From assembly GCA_043819795.1 (NCBI GenBank), contig JBDREN010000231.1:1-30974 (forward strand): a stretch of DNA of 30,974 nucleotides, read 5' to 3'. Under the pieces are notes generated by a model. The model did no database searches, was not told the origin of the DNA, and saw only the letters and a list, made by a program, of their open reading frames with translations. A program made the translations under genes and the position numbers. Positions within the stretch are counted from its first letter, which is position 1. Each line of letters begins with the position of its first letter. Below, piece by piece: positions 26,101-30,974 of this stretch. The DNA is from Elusimicrobiota bacterium (GTDB taxonomy: Bacteria; Elusimicrobiota; Elusimicrobia; UBA1565).

Positions 26101-27544
26101 GATCCTCGTCGCCAACCGGGGGGAGATCGCGGTCCGGGTGATACGGGCCTGCCGTGAGATGGGCGTGAGGACCGTCGCCGTCTACTCCGAGGCCGACCGC
26201 GCCTGCCGCCACCTCGGCATGGCCGACGAGGCCGTCTGCATCGGGCCGGGTCCGGCCGCGGAAAGCTACCTGAAAGCGGAGCGGATCGTGGCCGCCGCGA
26301 GGCTGACCGGAGCGCAGGCGATCCACCCCGGATACGGCTTTCTCGCGGAGGCCCCGGCCTTCGCGCGGGCCTGCGCCGAGCGAGGCATCGTGTTCATCGG
26401 CCCGCCGGCCGACGCCATATCGGTCCTCGGGAACAAGGCCGCCGCCAGGGAGCTCGCCGGACGCTGCGGCGTCCCTGTGGTCCCCGGCACCGCCGCCCGC
26501 GACCCGCACGGGCCCTCGGACGGCGGAGCGGCGGTCAAGGACCTGATCCGGGGAGCCCGGCGGATCGGCCTGCCCGTCATGGTCAAGGCCGCCGCCGGAG
26601 GCGGCGGCAAGGGGCTGCGCGTGGTCCGCGAGGACGCCGGCCTCGGCCCCGCGCTGGAGCGCGCCGGGGCGGAGGCCAAGGCGGCTTTCGGCGACGGCTC
26701 GCTCTACGTCGAGAAGCTCGTCGAGAGGCCGCGCCACGTCGAGATCCAGATCATGGCCGACCGGCACGGCTCCGCGGTCGCGGCCGTGGAGCGCGACTGC
26801 TCGGTCCAGCGCCGCCATCAGAAGCTCATCGAGGAGTCCCCCTCTCCCGCCGTCACCCCGCGGACGCGCCGCCGGTTGCAGGAGGCGGCGCTCCGGATCG
26901 TGAAGGCCTGCCGCTACGCCAACGTCGGGACCGTGGAGTTCCTCCTCGACCGCGACGGGGACTTCTACTTCATGGAGGTGAACACCCGCCTCCAGGTCGA
27001 GCACCCGGTCACCGAGACGGTCACCGGCCTCGACCTCGTGGCCGAGCAGATACGCCTGGCGGCGGGCGAGAGGCTCTCCTTCGACCAGGCGCGCGCCTCC
27101 GAGATCCGCTGCCACTCCATCGAGCACCGCATCAACGCCGAGGACCCGGACCGGGACTTCGCCCCCTGCCCGGGCCGGATATCGAGCCTCGAACTGCCCG
27201 CCGGACCCGGCGTCCGGGTGGACACCCACCTCTACGCGGGCTACACCGTGCCCACCTTCTACGACAGCCTGCTGGCCAAGCTCATCGTGGGCGCCGACAC
27301 CCGCCGCGCGGCGATCAGCCGGGCCCTGCGGGCGCTGGGAGAGTTCCGGGTGGACGGCATCGCCACGACCGTGCCGTTCCACCAGAGGGTCCTCCGCCAC
27401 GCCCGCTTCGCGTCGGGAGACTTCGACACGCGCTTCGCCGACGAGCTCCGGATGGAGGAGCCCGCGGAAGCCGCACCGCCGCCCCAAAGCCGTCCCAGAG
27501 GAAACTGGGTACCGGGCCCCTCCGGGTCCGGCGCGATGACATGA
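26090..27544 (+). CDS. accC: Biotin carboxylase
   Basis: ANRGEIA, HPGYGFLAE, KAAAGGGGKG, ERDCSVQRRHQKLIEE, EVNTRLQVEHPVTE, RINAED and YDSLLAKLI. Confidence 0.96.
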   Translation: MFSKILVANRGEIAVRVIRACREMGVRTVAVYSEADRACRHLGMADEAVCIGPGPAAESYLKAERIVAAARLTGAQAIHPGYGFLAEAPAFARACAERGIVFIGPPADAISVLGNKAAARELAGRCGVPVVPGTAARDPHGPSDGGAAVKDLIRGARRIGLPVMVKAAAGGGGKGLRVVREDAGLGPALERAGAEAKAAFGDGSLYVEKLVERPRHVEIQIMADRHGSAVAAVERDCSVQRRHQKLIEESPSPAVTPRTRRRLQEAALRIVKACRYANVGTVEFLLDRDGDFYFMEVNTRLQVEHPVTETVTGLDLVAEQIRLAAGERLSFDQARASEIRCHSIEHRINAEDPDRDFAPCPGRISSLELPAGPGVRVDTHLYAGYTVPTFYDSLLAKLIVGADTRRAAISRALRALGEFRVDGIATTVPFHQRVLRHARFASGDFDTRFADELRMEEPAEAAPPPQSRPRGNWVPGPSGSGAMT

Positions 27545-28152
27545 GGATAGAGACAACCATGGACAAGATCACCCAGACGGTCGCCGAACAGCTAGGCGAG
27601 AGCGCGGACACGATCGCGCGCACGAAAGACCACGCCGGCGTCGTCGCCGAGATGGCCGTGCGGCTCATCGCCGCCTATCGCGGCGGCGGGAAGATCATGA
27701 CCTTCGGCAACGGCGGCTCGGCCTGCGACGCCCAGAACTTCGCCGACGAGCTGGTCGGGCGCTTCGAGCGCAACCGCCCCCCGCTTCCGGCGGTCGCGCT
27801 CACGGTGAACACCTCGGACCTGACCTCGATCGCCAACGACTTCGGCTACGAGGAGGTCTTCGCGCGTCAGCTCAAGGCCCACGCCAAGCCCGGAGACATC
27901 GCGGTGGCCATCTCGACGAGCGGGAACTCCCCAAACGTGCTTAGGGCGGCGCGCGCCGCCCGGGAGCTCGGCCTGGCCGTCTTCGGGCTTACCGGCGAGT
28001 CCGGCGGGAAGCTCAAGGGGCTCTGCGACCTCTGCCTTTGCGTCCCTTCCCGGACGGTCGCCAGGATCCAGGAGGTCCACATCACGGTCATCCAGATCCT
28101 CTGCGGGCTCGTCGAGGGCGCCCTCTTCCCCGATGCCCCCAAAGCGCACTAA
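27541..28152 (+). CDS. gmhA: D-sedoheptulose 7-phosphate isomerase (alternative ATG at 27559)
   Basis: GNGGSACDA, IANDFGY, ISTSGNSPNV and RIQEVH. Confidence 0.92.
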   Translation: MRIETTMDKITQTVAEQLGESADTIARTKDHAGVVAEMAVRLIAAYRGGGKIMTFGNGGSACDAQNFADELVGRFERNRPPLPAVALTVNTSDLTSIANDFGYEEVFARQLKAHAKPGDIAVAISTSGNSPNVLRAARAARELGLAVFGLTGESGGKLKGLCDLCLCVPSRTVARIQEVHITVIQILCGLVEGALFPDAPKAH

Positions 28153-28654
28153 GAGCCCGGGCTCTAAGGCGAAGATCCTGACGCCGCGAAGGCTGGCGGC
28201 GCTCCGGTCTCGTTGGGCGCGGGCGGGCCGGCGCGTCGTCTTCACCAACGGCGTCTTCGACATCCTGCATCCGGGACACGTCGACCTACTCGAACGGGCC
28301 CGGCTCCTCGGGGACGCCCTCATCGTCGGCGTCAACACCGACGCCTCGGCGCGCCGGCTCGGGAAAGGCAGCGGCCGCCCGGTCAACCGCCTGGCCGACC
28401 GCTGCCGCGTGCTCGCGGCCCTGGCCTGCGTGGACGCCGTGACTTCCTTCGGAGAGGACACGCCTGAGAGCCTCCTTGAGAAGCTCCGGCCGGACGTCCT
28501 GGTCAAGGGAGCGGACTACACGGTGGACCAGGTCGCCGGCCGGCGGTATGCCGGCCGAGTGGCGCTCGTCCGTCTGAAAAAGGGCTATTCGACCACCAGC
28601 CTCATCGGGCGGATCGAGCGTCTCGGGCGCAAAGGCGGGCCCCCGAAGGAGTGA
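28133..28654 (+). CDS. rfaE2: D-glycero-beta-D-manno-heptose 1-phosphate adenylyltransferase (RfaE domain II)
   Basis: VFTNGVFDILHPGH, GVNTDAS, GRPVN, LVKGADY and GYSTT. Confidence 0.92.
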   Translation: MPPKRTKSPGSKAKILTPRRLAALRSRWARAGRRVVFTNGVFDILHPGHVDLLERARLLGDALIVGVNTDASARRLGKGSGRPVNRLADRCRVLAALACVDAVTSFGEDTPESLLEKLRPDVLVKGADYTVDQVAGRRYAGRVALVRLKKGYSTTSLIGRIERLGRKGGPPKE

Positions 28655-29283
28655 CGAGCGTCCTGCTCCTCCTCAACGGCGAGCTGCCCCGCCCCGCGCG
28701 GGTACGCGCGCTGGCCCGCGAGGCGTCCTTGGTCGTTTGCGCGGACGGGGGGCTGCGCCACGCCGTCCGCCTGAGGGTCCGGGCTCAGGTCGTGATCGGC
28801 GACATGGACTCGCTTCCCTCGCCCTTGCCGCGCTGGAAAGAGACGACCTACCTCTGCGATTTCGACGAGGAGACTTCGGACTTCGAGAAGGCCCTGCGCT
28901 TCGTCGCGCGGCTCGGGGCCGACGCCGTGTGGGTCGCGGGCGCTCTCGGGGGACGCCTCGATCACCTGCTCGCCAACCTCGCCGTGGCCGAGCGCTGCGC
29001 CGGACGGATCCCCATCGCGCTCGTCGACGACGGCGCCGGCTCCGCTCAGCTGGTCGGTCCCGGGGCCTACGCCTTCGACGCCCGGCGCGGCCGGACCGTC
29101 TCGATGGTCCCGGCCGGCCGCGGGTGCCTGGTCACGACCCGCGGCCTCCGCCGCGAACTGCGCCGGGAGGCCCCGCGCCCGGGAGGGCGGGGCCTCGCCG
29201 AGCGGGCCGCGGGTTCCCGCGTCGACATCCGCGTCCACCGGGGGCGCCTCTGGATCGTCCGCTCTGGACCGGGGCCAAAATAA
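28651..29283 (+). CDS. thiN: Thiamine pyrophosphokinase
   Basis: CADGG, IGDMDS, TSDFEKAL and GALGGRLDHLLANL. Confidence 0.88.
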   Translation: MTSVLLLLNGELPRPARVRALAREASLVVCADGGLRHAVRLRVRAQVVIGDMDSLPSPLPRWKETTYLCDFDEETSDFEKALRFVARLGADAVWVAGALGGRLDHLLANLAVAERCAGRIPIALVDDGAGSAQLVGPGAYAFDARRGRTVSMVPAGRGCLVTTRGLRRELRREAPRPGGRGLAERAAGSRVDIRVHRGRLWIVRSGPGPK

Positions 29284-29297
29284 CGCAAAAAATGACC

Positions 29298-29360
29298 TTG
29301 TCAACCGGCCGGAAATCCGTTACACTTCGTAGGAACTTTCTTCAATAAGACAACTGGAGG
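29298..29360 (+). promoter_or_regulatory. Sigma70-type promoter and SD for the FecR-domain gene
   Basis: TTGTCA (29298-29303), 17 nt, TACACT (29321-29326); GGAGG at 29356-29360. Confidence 0.75.
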
Positions 29361-29367
29361 ACATCCC

Positions 29368-30792
29368 ATGCACACTTCGTTCATCGGTCAGTGCCTTCGC
29401 GCCGCGCCCGCGGCGTTGATCGTGCTTTCTCTGGCGCTCCCGGCCCAGGCCCAGTTCGGCTTCGGCAGGAAGGAGGCGCCGGCCCCCGTAGGCGCCGTCC
29501 TTAGCGCGGTCGTGGGCCAAGTCGAGATACAGAAGATGGGCGAGCCGGCCTTCAAGCCCGCCGCGTCGCAGTCGGCCATGCAGTCCGGCGACCAGATCAA
29601 GACGGGGCCCGACGGAAGGGCCCTGGTCGTATTCATGGACGGCACGAAGCTGCAGCTCGGCGCCAGGACGACCTTCCAGTTCGAGGGGGCCTCCCCGAGC
29701 CGGGTGAACGTGCGGCTGACCCTCGGAAAGATGAGCGCCTGGGTCAAGAAGATGGCCAGCAGGCGCTTCCAGGTCCGCACCCCGTCGGCGGTCGCGAGCG
29801 TGCGCGGCACGGATTTCACGACCGAGGTCAGCATCACGGGTCAGGAGACCTGGGACCTCTACGACGGCGGCCTCGACCTCGCCGACAACTTCGGCAACGC
29901 CCAAAGCATCGACGGCGGCCAGCGCCTGCAGGCTGACGCCGCGAGCGGCGTCGCCAATTCCAAGCCCGAGTCCATCCCGCCCGACATGAAGATGCCGCCG
30001 GAGCCCAAGGGCGACGCCAAGGCCGCCAAGGAAAAGGCCGAGGCGGCGCAGCTCGCGGCGAAGAAGAAGAAGGCGGAGGAGGAGGCGGCCAAGAAGAAGG
30101 CCGAGGAAGCCAAGAAGAAGGCCGCCGAGTCCAAGAAGAAGGCCGCCGCGGAGAAGGCCAAGTCCGAGGAAGCCAAGAAGAAGGCCGCCGAGGAGAAGGC
30201 CAAGTCCGAGGAAGCCGTCAAGAAGGCCGCCGAGGCCAAGGCCAAGGCCGCCGAGGCCAAGGCCAAAGCCGAGAAGGACGCCACCGCCAAGGCCGCGGCC
30301 GAGAAGGCCGAGAAGGCATCGGTGGAGGCCACGGCCAAGGCCGAGGCGCAGGCCAAGGCCGAGGCCGAGGCGCAGGCCAAGGCCGAGGCGCAGGCCAAGG
30401 TCGAGGCCGAGGCGCAGGCCAAGGCCGATGCCGAGGCGCAGGCCAAGCAGCAGGCCGATGCCGAGGCCCAGACCAAGACCGACGAGGCCAACGCGGCCGA
30501 GACGGACGCGCAGACGGCGGACGACGTCGCGCAGATAATGGACGCTGTGGCGCAGGCCACGACTCCGGAGCCCACGGCCACGACTCCGGTGGAGCAGCCG
30601 GTCGAGGAGCCGAAGGAGGAGCCGAAGGAGGAGCCCGCGCCCGAGGAGCCGGCACCGGAGCCCGAGCCGACGCCCGAGCCGGATACCGGCAACCCGAGCC
30701 AGGACACGGTGGTCACAGACGAGGAGACGTGCGATCCGGAGCTCAGCCCGTCCGACCCGAACAGCTGCGACTACGGAAGCTGCTCCTATTGA
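29368..30792 (+). CDS. Exported FecR-domain protein with TolA-like Ala/Lys/Glu helix and Pro/Glu stalk
   Basis: Signal peptide; GDQIKTGPDGRALVVFMDGT and FQVRTPSAVASVRGTDF (FecR); AEAQAK repeats; EP repeats; three Cys at the C-terminus. Confidence 0.85.
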   Translation: MHTSFIGQCLRAAPAALIVLSLALPAQAQFGFGRKEAPAPVGAVLSAVVGQVEIQKMGEPAFKPAASQSAMQSGDQIKTGPDGRALVVFMDGTKLQLGARTTFQFEGASPSRVNVRLTLGKMSAWVKKMASRRFQVRTPSAVASVRGTDFTTEVSITGQETWDLYDGGLDLADNFGNAQSIDGGQRLQADAASGVANSKPESIPPDMKMPPEPKGDAKAAKEKAEAAQLAAKKKKAEEEAAKKKAEEAKKKAAESKKKAAAEKAKSEEAKKKAAEEKAKSEEAVKKAAEAKAKAAEAKAKAEKDATAKAAAEKAEKASVEATAKAEAQAKAEAEAQAKAEAQAKVEAEAQAKADAEAQAKQQADAEAQTKTDEANAAETDAQTADDVAQIMDAVAQATTPEPTATTPVEQPVEEPKEEPKEEPAPEEPAPEPEPTPEPDTGNPSQDTVVTDEETCDPELSPSDPNSCDYGSCSY

Positions 30793-30802
30793 CGTAACGT
30801 GC

Positions 30803-30829
30803 CGGCACCCGGCAAGCTGCCGGGCGCCG
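30803..30829. terminator. GC-rich hairpin after the FecR-domain gene (terminator or REP-like)
   Basis: CGGCACCCGGCA-AGC-TGCCGGGCGCCG; fully paired (one G-U) on the minus strand; no real U-tract. Confidence 0.45.
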
Positions 30830-30834
30830 TTGAA

Positions 30835-30974
30835 ATCGGGATAGGGGCCGACGGGATTAACCCCGCCGGTCCCCTCCCACACCACCGGACATGCGGGTCC
30901 GCATCCGGCGGTTTGGAAAGTTGAGGTTACGCAACAAGGCGAGGCACCCCCTTGCGGTTGAAGTAGTCGTGAGG
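30835..30974 (-). mobile_element. 3' end of a group IIC intron (domains V and VI)
   Basis: Minus strand 32-nt DV ACCGCCGGATGCGGACCCGCATGTCCGGTGGT (30912-30881) with CGC triad; DVI stem with bulged A at 30842; terminal ...CCCGAT at 30835. Confidence 0.92.
30927..30974 (-). CDS. C-terminal fragment of a group II intron reverse transcriptase/maturase
   Basis: Frame reads ...PHDYFNRKGVPRLVA-stop just before DV, resembling class C intron-encoded protein C-termini (YF..xG.P.L, no endonuclease domain). Only 15 codons are visible. Confidence 0.7.
   Translation of the reverse strand, partial: PHDYFNRKGVPRLVA

Noticed and set aside
30793..30834. Integron attC site as the intron target
   Set aside because: No RYYYAAC/GTTRRRY pair in the proper geometry, and no integrase or cassette array visible.
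29320..30885. Long antisense Leu/Gly-rich ORF and the many other long overlapping ORFs in the track
   Set aside because: Shadow frames of GC-rich real genes, with few stops in alternative frames and no motifs.

Overview
High-GC bacterial chromosomal window, mostly core genes. The style is loosely reminiscent of Elusimicrobiota, but that is a weak inference. Minus strand at left: a split subtilisin-like protease, comEC, nadK, recN and gltX. Then a membrane adenylate cyclase/TPR/degenerate HD-GYP fusion, an M23 lipoprotein, dnaX-recR (minus), and two exported hypothetical proteins bracketed by 59-nt direct repeats. A tightly coupled 15-gene plus-strand operon follows: GAF/pseudo-HD-GYP, rsmI, tsaC, LMW phosphatase, glyA, REC, mtnP, add, cdd, a lysine-less BCCP-like protein, a Zn-ribbon/TPR membrane protein, accC, gmhA, rfaE2 and thiamine pyrophosphokinase. 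A FecR/TolA-like protein and the 3' end of a group IIC intron close the window. The most unusual observations are: (1) an AccB paralog that has lost the biotinylated lysine (BADC-like), clustered with accC and a Zn-ribbon/TPR membrane protein; (2) a 219-bp TIR-bounded MITE inserted exactly in frame within a signal peptide; (3) an exact 53-bp duplication that creates a chain of ATGA-coupled 18-aa uORFs and RBS-occluding hairpins between recN and gltX; (4) two HD-GYP domains that both lack the HD dyad; (5) a frameshift-split S8 protease. All calls come from motif reading by eye; no searches were run.
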